Virus record (IMG/VR): IMGVR_UViG_3300031605_001661 | Span: 1 to 64,000 of that record | DNA: 64,000 nt | Direction: 5' to 3' (one strand) | DNA from: a virus | Taxonomy: Duplodnaviria; Caudoviricetes | Shown: piece after piece, positions 56,427-64,000 of the stretch | Layout of the letters: every line of letters starts with the position of its first letter | Numbering within the stretch: the first letter of the stretch is position 1 | Translations under genes and position numbers: made by a program | The notes under the pieces: model-generated | Told to the model about the DNA's origin: nothing | What the model saw: only the letters and a program-made list of their open reading frames with translations | Databases searched by the model: none

Positions 56427-57299
56427 ATGAAATTAAATGAAATTAAAAGTGCTGTTGATGGTCTTTCTTTAGATGAAATTAATGAATTAAAAGCTCATAT
56501 GGATTTTTCTGAGATTAAAGAATTAGTTAAATCTCCGCTTTGGCCTTCTGCCGTACCTGAGGAGTTAATATGTAAAGCGGAGTCGGAAGAGGACAAACAG
56601 GAGAGAGCAGAGGGTATAATTTATTTAATGATTAATGAGGACTTAAGTAATAAAAGGTTTCTTGACTTTGGATGTGGTGAAGGCCATGTCGTGTTTCAAG
56701 CTGCTAAAAACAATGTTGAGAAATCAGTTGGATATGATCCCCATTCTTCTTTGCCTGACTCAGACGATAAATGTTATTTTTCTAATGACTTTGAAAAAGT
56801 TCGTGAGCAAGGGCCTTTTGATATTGTTCTTATGTATGATGTTTTGGACCATTTAGACGGGATTGATAGTAGTGTTGACGATGCTGAGATGGGTCATCGC
56901 ATGGCGAAAGTTTTATCTCAAGTCAAGTTGGTTACCCATGAAAATTCTAAGATATATTTAAGATGTCATCCTTGGTGTTCTCGTCATGGTGGGCATTTGT
57001 ACAATTCTTTAAATAAGGCTTTTGCTCATGTTGTTTTCTCTAAATCCGAGTTAGAGGATATGGGATATGAAGTTGAAGGTGTTGCCAAAGTTACTTTCCC
57101 ACGAGCCACGTATGACGCAGCGATTGAAAATGCTGGGCTGAAGGCTATTTCTCAAGATATAATTCAAACTAAAGCAGAAGGTTTTTTCAAGGAAGGTTTG
57201 ATTGCGGAAAGAATTGTTTCACATTGGCCAGAAGACAAGAATAAATTCCCAGATTATCAAGTTTCGCAAGATTTTTTAGATTATATTTTGAGTCATTGA
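56427..57299 (+). CDS. Class I SAM-dependent methyltransferase
   Basis: FLDFGCGEG, GYD, FDIVLMYDVLDH, HPW.SRHGGH. Confidence 0.85.
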   Translation: MKLNEIKSAVDGLSLDEINELKAHMDFSEIKELVKSPLWPSAVPEELICKAESEEDKQERAEGIIYLMINEDLSNKRFLDFGCGEGHVVFQAAKNNVEKSVGYDPHSSLPDSDDKCYFSNDFEKVREQGPFDIVLMYDVLDHLDGIDSSVDDAEMGHRMAKVLSQVKLVTHENSKIYLRCHPWCSRHGGHLYNSLNKAFAHVVFSKSELEDMGYEVEGVAKVTFPRATYDAAIENAGLKAISQDIIQTKAEGFFKEGLIAERIVSHWPEDKNKFPDYQVSQDFLDYILSH

Positions 57300-58429
57300 T
57301 CTCCTGTCGATCCTGTTGGTTTGTCCTCTTCGATTCCTGTGAGTTTATAGACATTAAATCCTTCCCATAGAGTTCCTAACCATTCCCCTTGTTTGGTTTT
57401 TGTAAATTGTCCAAGGGGAATGCCGCACTCATCAACTAACATTAGTTCTTTTAATTCTTTATTGTACATCCAATTGCAAAACCATGTATTTATTGCTGAC
57501 ATTCTTTCGGCACTTGGTGTGGCTGTCATCCTGGCAGAATATTCTTCATTAAATTTTAATTCATTTGAGTTTAAGTCTAATGTTCCGATTTCAAATGGTG
57601 CGGTGTATCCCATCCCTAGCAGTCCTGATTGTTGTATTACTTTATGCTTCATGTGTGGTGGATTATCATATGCTTTTAATTTTTCTCTCATAAAGCTATA
57701 CGAAGCTTCATTTTTATCATAAGCAACTTCATGTACGTGATGTATGTCTCCTCCAAAGCACGACAATCTACATACCTTAGCTTCTCTGTCTAACCAGGGG
57801 ACATCCCGTGGACGTTCTCCGGCAATGTGTGCGCCACATCCAAAACATCTGTCGCACACCTCTACTGGGTAGCTTGCCCTGCTTTCAAATATTGTTTTTG
57901 ATTCTTTATTTGATAATATTTTATTCATCGTTGCATGAGAAACTACACAGCATTCGTGTTCATGTCTTATTTCTTCTATTACGTTTGGGGGGTATTTTAA
58001 ATCTGCTAATATTTTTCTTTCAATGATACCATCCCAGAGGTGGTGCAAATATGTTGTAAAATAATTACTTTTGGACACGTCGAATTTTGATAGTTCAGCC
58101 ATAAGACCTTCAATGTTTGTAATACTATCATCGTCTATTCTCATGTACCAATCTGCATTTAACTCATTTGGATCTTGCTTTGCAAAGAAATTATATATTT
58201 TCGAGGCAGGATGGTCGTTGAAATGCCGCACAGTGGTTATGTCTATATTTTCGGCCCATCCCTCTTTTATATCTGGTATTTGTTCCGTTCCAGTTAAGAG
58301 GATCAACTTTATTTTTACATTTTCGGAGTTTAAAAGACCATACTTTTTGAAGTGAAACAATCTTCCGCCAAATATTCCCTTGCCGGAAATTGGCATTAAT
58401 ACTTCTAAATCATATTTGTTTTTTGGCAT
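57293..58429 (-). CDS. Putative GT31/Fringe-like glycosyltransferase
   Basis: ADWYMRIDDDS...I..L...L. Confidence 0.6.
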   Translation of the reverse strand: MPKNKYDLEVLMPISGKGIFGGRLFHFKKYGLLNSENVKIKLILLTGTEQIPDIKEGWAENIDITTVRHFNDHPASKIYNFFAKQDPNELNADWYMRIDDDSITNIEGLMAELSKFDVSKSNYFTTYLHHLWDGIIERKILADLKYPPNVIEEIRHEHECCVVSHATMNKILSNKESKTIFESRASYPVEVCDRCFGCGAHIAGERPRDVPWLDREAKVCRLSCFGGDIHHVHEVAYDKNEASYSFMREKLKAYDNPPHMKHKVIQQSGLLGMGYTAPFEIGTLDLNSNELKFNEEYSARMTATPSAERMSAINTWFCNWMYNKELKELMLVDECGIPLGQFTKTKQGEWLGTLWEGFNVYKLTGIEEDKPTGSTGDQ

Positions 58430-58443
58430 TTCATTTCTTTCTA

Positions 58444-59220
58444 TTATGTTTGTTTTAGGAAATATCCGTATTGAGTTCCTATTTTAATTAATTCTTTTTT
58501 TATGCTTGGGTGGAAGTCATTTAATTGGATTTTTATATCTTTCCTTTTTCTTGAATTTCTTTTTGTATTATCATAATAGGATTTATTTTTTGTGTTTAAA
58601 AAATTCATTAAAACTTCTGGAGATTTTTCTACTTGTACAAATAAATCTATTTTATTGGATTTTTCTATCATTCTGTTCCATTCAATATAATACACTGCCC
58701 CTCGATCTATTGGGTTTAATTTTTTTGAGAGGAGAGGTAGGTTTTTATATATGAATTGTTGAGGTGCGTCTATTGCATCGCTCTTTGTGGGAGCGGAAGT
58801 TTTATGAAAATAATTAAAGTCTTCCACAAAGGACGATATGACGTTTAAGGGGTGCCGGACAACATGGATTATTTTTGTGTTTTTTAATAGATTATGATTT
58901 AAAAATGGTGCTGAAAAGTAACTAGAATCTGCGATGATTTCTGATTCTTCAACCCATGGCGGGTGTTTAGCAGGCTTTCCCTTGGTATCTCTTGATGGCT
59001 GCATTGACACTTTGCTGAGTTGTGGTTTGATTCTTTTTGTTATTACTTTTTCAAATGTTTTTTCTACATGAGAAGCTTCTTTTGAGTTTTCTGGCATTTG
59101 AAAGAAGCTTTCGTGTCCGCATGGAATTCCTAGACTGGTCAGCAGTTCGGCCATATAGACGGTTCCACATCGCCCTGTTCCGGTTACTAAAAAATCAAGT
59201 TTTTGTTTATCGGTTTTCAT
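58444..59220 (-). CDS. Sulfotransferase-like protein
   Basis: VTGTGRCGTVY (PAPS loop), GHE, IIHVVRHP..VISS, Y..WN, C-terminal YGY. Confidence 0.75.
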   Translation of the reverse strand: MKTDKQKLDFLVTGTGRCGTVYMAELLTSLGIPCGHESFFQMPENSKEASHVEKTFEKVITKRIKPQLSKVSMQPSRDTKGKPAKHPPWVEESEIIADSSYFSAPFLNHNLLKNTKIIHVVRHPLNVISSFVEDFNYFHKTSAPTKSDAIDAPQQFIYKNLPLLSKKLNPIDRGAVYYIEWNRMIEKSNKIDLFVQVEKSPEVLMNFLNTKNKSYYDNTKRNSRKRKDIKIQLNDFHPSIKKELIKIGTQYGYFLKQT

Positions 59221-59243
59221 AAGTAGCTTTCTCTCTTTAGTAT

Positions 59244-59519
59244 ATGACTAAGAAGTACTCCAAAAAAATGATTAAAAAGCTCTTTGATGGGAAATGTTAT
59301 TTTTGTGAGGAAGATGATTATGACCTTCTTGACACACATAGAATTGTGCCAGGATCTGAGGGAGGGAGATATACTCGCCACAACTCGCTCACAGTTTGTT
59401 GCAAATGCCATAGGAAAATACATAGTGATAAGATAAAAATTGTTGGCAAGCACTTTTCTACAACTGGGCAACATGTTTTGAATTTTATTGATGAAAATGA
59501 TGTTGAGAGATGGAAGTAG
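59244..59519 (+). CDS. HNH endonuclease
   Basis: CYFC...L.THRI.P...GG.Y...N...VC.KCH..IH. Confidence 0.85.
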   Translation: MTKKYSKKMIKKLFDGKCYFCEEDDYDLLDTHRIVPGSEGGRYTRHNSLTVCCKCHRKIHSDKIKIVGKHFSTTGQHVLNFIDENDVERWK

Positions 59520-59520
59520 T

Positions 59521-59712
59521 ATGAAGTCTTATACTTTGCACAATAAAGATTTAGGAATTAATTTAGAACACCCCAGTGTTGGTTTGTGGTTTACTACTGA
59601 TATTAATGAGGCAAATGAAATGCTTGAAGCTTGCCATGAATACTTAGTTTCTATAAACGCTTCTGAAATGACTGAAAACTTTATAATAGTTGAAGTAGAA
59701 ACTGAAAAATAA
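59521..59712 (+). CDS. Small hypothetical protein
   Basis: ATG immediately after the HNH stop. Confidence 0.5.
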   Translation: MKSYTLHNKDLGINLEHPSVGLWFTTDINEANEMLEACHEYLVSINASEMTENFIIVEVETEK

Positions 59713-59743
59713 GTAAAAATCTAATTGCTTTCTATAATAAGGC

Positions 59744-60370
59744 ATGGTTACTTCGACTGGAAAGGGTTTGAATGTTCTGATTAGGGCTGAATATTCTTTT
59801 TCTTCAAATTGGATGTCTTTTGGAAGTTGGTATTCTGTTCAAAAGAATTTACCTGATGCCAATGTTGCGATTGTTTGCGATGGGGTTTCTGAGTTGAATA
59901 ATATCAGCGGTTGTTTTGTGTGGACTGGTAAGTTTGGCGTAAATGTTTTTAAGTGTGAGAATTTTGATGATTTTTTTATTAAGTTGTTCGATAGAAAGAA
60001 TTGTAACTTATTTGATCTTCCTCTTTTGATTTTAGATAAGGGGGTTATAGTTGTAGACGAACTTTCTAGTTCTGTTTTAGATTGTTTTAATGAGGAAAAC
60101 ATTTTGTCTGATGATTTTGTTATGTTTTTAAAAGATAAAAGTTTGAAAAAAGATTTTTTAAATAGAAAATTTAAAGATTTTAGGTTTTCCGCAGATGTGG
60201 AAAGCGATGTGGATTCTTGTTTCGTTTCTTTTGGAGAAAATTTTGTTCCGCACGAATGGATACATAGTAATAAAGTAGGGTTTTATGAAGATGTTTGCCC
60301 CAGCAACTTTAATGAAACGAAAGTTTGGGACATTTGGAGCCAAGCAAGAGGGGCCTTCTCGGTTGTTTAG
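59744..60370 (+). CDS. Hypothetical protein (possibly degenerate glycosyltransferase)
   Basis: 208-aa ORF; S..KNLPDA.VAI pattern only. Confidence 0.5.
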   Translation: MVTSTGKGLNVLIRAEYSFSSNWMSFGSWYSVQKNLPDANVAIVCDGVSELNNISGCFVWTGKFGVNVFKCENFDDFFIKLFDRKNCNLFDLPLLILDKGVIVVDELSSSVLDCFNEENILSDDFVMFLKDKSLKKDFLNRKFKDFRFSADVESDVDSCFVSFGENFVPHEWIHSNKVGFYEDVCPSNFNETKVWDIWSQARGAFSVV

Positions 60371-60375
60371 GATAA

Positions 60376-60666
60376 ATGATGCGTAATTTTTTTAACGATT
60401 TTGACAATGATAATGACGAAGATGAATTGGAGTTTTTTATCCCACAAGGAGAAGAAGGCATTCCTTTAGATAGGTTGGTTGTGGACTTGTTTCAAAATGG
60501 TTTAGATACTTATAATTTGAAGATGCTGGAGTTATCTGTTGAAATATCCAGCAAGTCGTTTTTCTGGAGATTTAAATCTGTAGAAAAAAAGCTTAAAATG
60601 ATTATCACGATTTACAAAAGTTTAAGTTTTATCATGAATGAGGATTCTATTGAGAATGAGGAGTAA
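60376..60666 (+). CDS. Hypothetical acidic protein
   Basis: AGGA RBS. Confidence 0.55.
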   Translation: MMRNFFNDFDNDNDEDELEFFIPQGEEGIPLDRLVVDLFQNGLDTYNLKMLELSVEISSKSFFWRFKSVEKKLKMIITIYKSLSFIMNEDSIENEE

Positions 60667-60668
60667 TA

Positions 60669-60998
60669 ATGCCACTTTATGAATTTAAGTGTGACAAGTG
60701 TGATGTTGTTTATGAAGAGTTGACTAGTTATGATAAAACGGAAAAGTATGATGGAATTTCGTGCCCGGATTGTGGTTCTAAAAGTAAAATAAAATTAATT
60801 TCTGGTTGCGGAGTCGCTTTTGGCAATCCTAAGGACACCAGCAAGTGGGATAGTCGTTCTTATCGTGCTGGCCACAATCATGAGCGGGCAAAGGGCGAGC
60901 GAAGACACGCAGAGGCTAACTCTCATATGGGCACCAATCCTTATGGAAAGTCAGGAGATAATCTTAATGTTAGCGGTAGCGAACACATTGATCTTTAA
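60669..60998 (+). CDS. FmdB-family zinc-ribbon protein
   Basis: MPLYEFKCDKC...CPDCGS....KLIS. Confidence 0.88.
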   Translation: MPLYEFKCDKCDVVYEELTSYDKTEKYDGISCPDCGSKSKIKLISGCGVAFGNPKDTSKWDSRSYRAGHNHERAKGERRHAEANSHMGTNPYGKSGDNLNVSGSEHIDL

Positions 60999-61016
60999 AA
61001 TGATTGATTTTCAGTA

Positions 61017-61045
61017 TTGATTATTAATTAAATTGAAAATATACT
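61017..61045 (+). promoter_or_regulatory. Sigma70-like promoter for prkA
   Basis: TTGATT-17 nt-TATACT. Confidence 0.5.
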
Positions 61046-61085
61046 TATTAAATTGTCGTGGATTTGTTTTTAAAAGGAACTCCTA

Positions 61086-63182
61086 ATGCCATCGAAAACG
61101 GTTAAAAATTCAAAATTGGATAAAGTTGCGAAGAGCTTTGATATAGAAGAATTTAAGGTTCTTCATGAAGAGATGACTTTTTCTGAATATCTAGAAAAGA
61201 TACATGAAAATCCACTTCTCATTAGAACAGCATATCAAAGATTGTATGATATGATCATGGAGAAGGGATTCACGGAGTTTGAGCGGTATAGAAAAAAGCT
61301 TAATCGTTATCATTTTTTTGAAAATGAAAAAATTCCTATTTTTGGGTTAGAAGAAACACTTGATAACTTTGTTAAATTTGTCAGAGGGGCCGCAGGCGGG
61401 TACGGGACTGAAAAACGTGTTTTATTGTTTCATGGGCCTGTGGGATCTGCTAAGTCTACTATTTGCCGAGCGATAAAAACAGGTTTAGAGGCATACTCCA
61501 AAACGGACGCTGGTGCGTGGTATTCATATAAGTGGATTAATTTGCCTACTGGACAAGATGGAATTTATACGCATGACGAAGACGACTGTCCGATGCACGA
61601 AGATCCCATCAAGCTTATCCCTGATAAAATAAGGTCTAAAGTTGTTGAAGATCTCAATGTGATTTTAAGAGAAAATTGTCCTGAAGATAAGAGATCGACT
61701 TTATATTCTTTAAAATGTGATGGGAATCTTAATCCACGGTGCAAACTGTTTCTTGCCGAGATGCTGGACAGATATGATGGAGATTGGAAAAAAGTTGTTA
61801 ACGAACACATTGTTGTCGTTAGAAAAGTATATTCCGAGGCGGATCGTATGGGAATTGCAACTTTTCAGCCTAAAGACGAAAAAAATCAGGATGCAACTGA
61901 ATTGACTGGTGATATTAATTATGCCAAGTTGCCTCACTTCGGATCTGATTCTGATCCTAGAGCATTTAATTTTGATGGCGAGTTTTGTGTGGGTAATCGA
62001 GGTGTTGTTGAATTTATAGAGATGCTTAAGTTGGCGCAAGAGTTTCTTTATGATTTGTTGGGGGCATCACAAGAACGTCAGATTAAACCCAAGAAGTTTG
62101 CCCAAATATCTGTTGACACGGTTTTAATAGGTCATACTAACAACCCAGAATACGAGAAGCTTAAGAGCAATCAGTATATGGAAGCTTTGAGAGATAGAAC
62201 ATATAAAATTGATGTGCCTTATCTTCTTAAGTGGTCTGAAGAGGTTAAGGTTTTAGAGCAGGATTATGGTGAGGGTCAGGTGCAGCAGCATGTTGCTCCT
62301 CATACTTTGGAGATTGCGGCTCTTTGGGCAGTTTTGACCAGATTGCATGAAGATAAAGATGGAAAATTATCTTTGGTTGATAAAGCTAAACTTTACGATG
62401 GCCGAGCTTTGCCAGGGTGGACTGATGATTCTGTTAAAGAGCTTAGAGATAAATATCCTGGTGAGGGCATGAGTGGTGGCGTTAGTGCAAGATACGTTCA
62501 AGACAAAGTTTCTAATTGCTTGAGTGATAATCATGCCTATATAAATCCATTTATGGTTCTTAACGAGCTTAAAGCTGGGCTAGATCATTCTTCCTTGTTT
62601 ACCAACAAAGAAGATGTTGCAAGGTATTTGAGTGCTGTGGATTTGACGATTAAGGAATATGACGAAATTGTTAAATCGGAGGTTCAAAAGGCTTTGGTTG
62701 GAGACGAAGATTCAGTTATTAGACTTTGCTCTAATTACATTGATAACGTGATGGCTTACATCAATAAGTCTAAGGTTAAAAATCCGTATACGGGACAAGA
62801 CCAAGAGGCAGATGAAAGATTGATGAGAAGTATAGAAGAAAAAATTGATGTCCCTGAACAAGCGGCAGATGATTTCAGACGTTCGTTGGCAGCTTTTATT
62901 GGCGATTTGGCTCATAAGGGGAAAGAATTCCAATGGGATTCTAATCCTCAATTAAAGAAGGCTCTTGAGGCCAAATTGTTTGAAGATACTAAAGATCACA
63001 TTAAGCTTTCTGCTCTTAATGTAAAGGGGGCAACGGTGGTGGATCAAGATCTTCAAGATAAGATAGATGCTATTAAGACGAGACTTGTTAAGCAGTGTGG
63101 ATATAATGATCAATCGGCTACTGATGTGTTAGATTATGTTGGTAGCATATTTGCTCGTGGCGACTTGGCCGGAAACGAATAA
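61086..63182 (+). CDS. prkA: PrkA/YeaG AAA+ serine protein kinase
   Basis: AYQRLYDMI, IFG, GPVGSAKST, CPMHEDP, P.D.KNQD...LTG.I, DPRAF.FDG, NRG..EF.EM.K, H.N..EY, EALRDR, VPY.L...E, APHTLE, GVSARY. Confidence 0.95.
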   Translation: MPSKTVKNSKLDKVAKSFDIEEFKVLHEEMTFSEYLEKIHENPLLIRTAYQRLYDMIMEKGFTEFERYRKKLNRYHFFENEKIPIFGLEETLDNFVKFVRGAAGGYGTEKRVLLFHGPVGSAKSTICRAIKTGLEAYSKTDAGAWYSYKWINLPTGQDGIYTHDEDDCPMHEDPIKLIPDKIRSKVVEDLNVILRENCPEDKRSTLYSLKCDGNLNPRCKLFLAEMLDRYDGDWKKVVNEHIVVVRKVYSEADRMGIATFQPKDEKNQDATELTGDINYAKLPHFGSDSDPRAFNFDGEFCVGNRGVVEFIEMLKLAQEFLYDLLGASQERQIKPKKFAQISVDTVLIGHTNNPEYEKLKSNQYMEALRDRTYKIDVPYLLKWSEEVKVLEQDYGEGQVQQHVAPHTLEIAALWAVLTRLHEDKDGKLSLVDKAKLYDGRALPGWTDDSVKELRDKYPGEGMSGGVSARYVQDKVSNCLSDNHAYINPFMVLNELKAGLDHSSLFTNKEDVARYLSAVDLTIKEYDEIVKSEVQKALVGDEDSVIRLCSNYIDNVMAYINKSKVKNPYTGQDQEADERLMRSIEEKIDVPEQAADDFRRSLAAFIGDLAHKGKEFQWDSNPQLKKALEAKLFEDTKDHIKLSALNVKGATVVDQDLQDKIDAIKTRLVKQCGYNDQSATDVLDYVGSIFARGDLAGNE

Positions 63183-63196
63183 AAAGGAGCATTGTC

Positions 63197-64000
63197 ATGC
63201 CACGTCGAATCGAATCTGATCATAAAGACTTTAGGGACGTTGTCTCTGGCCGTATAAGAAAATCTCTTAAAAAGTATATTAATACGGGCAAGGTTTTTAG
63301 AAGAAGATCTAAAAACGGAAAAGTAACAATATCCATTCCTAGAATTGATATTCCTAGACTTGTTTTTGGAGACAATGGGGATGGGGTAGGTCGTGGCGAA
63401 GGAAAGGAAGGGGACGTTGTAGGCAGAGACCCGCAAAAAGGCAAAGGGAATAAGGCGGGAGATCAAGAAGGAGAAGGGATATTAATTAATTTAGATCTGG
63501 AGGATGTCCTTTATTTCTTGCAGGACGAATTAAAGCTTCCTAACATTAAACCCAAGCCTAATGAAACTTTTCAAGAAGTTAAACTAAAATATAACAATAT
63601 TGCTTTGACCGGACCTGAGTCTCTTCGTCATAATCGTCGAACTATGTTGCAGGCGTTAAAGCGAATGGCCGCAGGCGGCGAGTTAGACAAATTGCATTAT
63701 ATACCTGGGTATTCTGACCCGGTGCGATTAATCACTCCAATCAATTCTGACCGTCGTTATAAGCAATATACTGAGATTAAAGTTCCTGCTAGCAATGCTG
63801 TGATTTTCTTTGCTAGAGATGGTTCGGCTTCAATGGATCAATATAAATGTGATATTGTTTCTGATATGTCTTGGTGGATTGATGCTTGGATTAGACATTT
63901 TTATGAAAGAGTGGAAAGATGTTATATTTGGCATGACACAGTGGCCCAAGAGGTAGACGAGGAAACATTTTATAGATATCGTTATGGTGGTGGGACAAAG
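63197..64000 (+). CDS. yeaH: YeaH/YhbH (DUF444, vWA) protein, 3' truncated (absent from the ORF track)
   Basis: AGGAG RBS; MPRRIESDH...IPRLVFG..G.GVGRGEG..GDV, AGDQEG, ELKLPN..PK, D.RY, NAVIFFARDGSASM, Y..VE..YIWHDT.A.EVDEETF...GGGT. Confidence 0.92.
   Translation, partial: MPRRIESDHKDFRDVVSGRIRKSLKKYINTGKVFRRRSKNGKVTISIPRIDIPRLVFGDNGDGVGRGEGKEGDVVGRDPQKGKGNKAGDQEGEGILINLDLEDVLYFLQDELKLPNIKPKPNETFQEVKLKYNNIALTGPESLRHNRRTMLQALKRMAAGGELDKLHYIPGYSDPVRLITPINSDRRYKQYTEIKVPASNAVIFFARDGSASMDQYKCDIVSDMSWWIDAWIRHFYERVERCYIWHDTVAQEVDEETFYRYRYGGGTK

Noticed and set aside
1-64000. Stop-codon reassignment as in some huge phages
   Set aside because: Conserved genes are full length in the standard code, and TAA, TAG and TGA all terminate genes at sensible positions.
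1-64000. Cellular (bacterial/CPR) chromosome
   Set aside because: The gp32-like SSB, UvsW/UvsY, dNMP kinase, fibre genes, internal-protein leaders and absence of housekeeping operons favour a large phage, although no capsid or terminase gene is in this window.

Overview
This 64-kb window looks like part of a large (jumbo/huge) tailed dsDNA bacteriophage genome in the standard genetic code. I saw no tRNA, rRNA or CRISPR array. 1-16.8 kb: a 5'-truncated >3,100-aa modular tail-fibre-like protein, a beta-helix protein and a glycan-modification cluster. 16.8-28.3 kb: host-derived metabolic genes (Ldh_2 reductase, GDPD, proline dehydrogenase, amidinotransferase, M19 dipeptidase) plus UvsW. 28.3-29.0 kb: a non-coding region with nested RNA-like stems and AT-rich repeats, where strand composition flips; candidate bidirectional origin. 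29-46 kb: T4-like replication and recombination genes (gp41/DnaB helicase, UvsY, gp32 SSB, UvsX), a compact family-A polymerase, an amidoligase and a Ski2/Hel308-like helicase. 45.7-48.5 kb: a Cys-rich protein, a C39 peptidase and an unannotated 29-aa metallothionein-like peptide. 49-64 kb: dNMP kinase, thyA, folA, hldE with glycosylation genes, and prkA-yeaH. The most striking cross-cutting pattern is about 15 unrelated ORFs sharing an N-terminal leader (M-x0-3-F-x-x-W/Y-L/F...E) like the T4 internal-protein capsid-targeting sequence. They include ArfB, a polynucleotide kinase and two leader-only mini-ORFs. All assignments come from motif recognition by eye; no database search was run.
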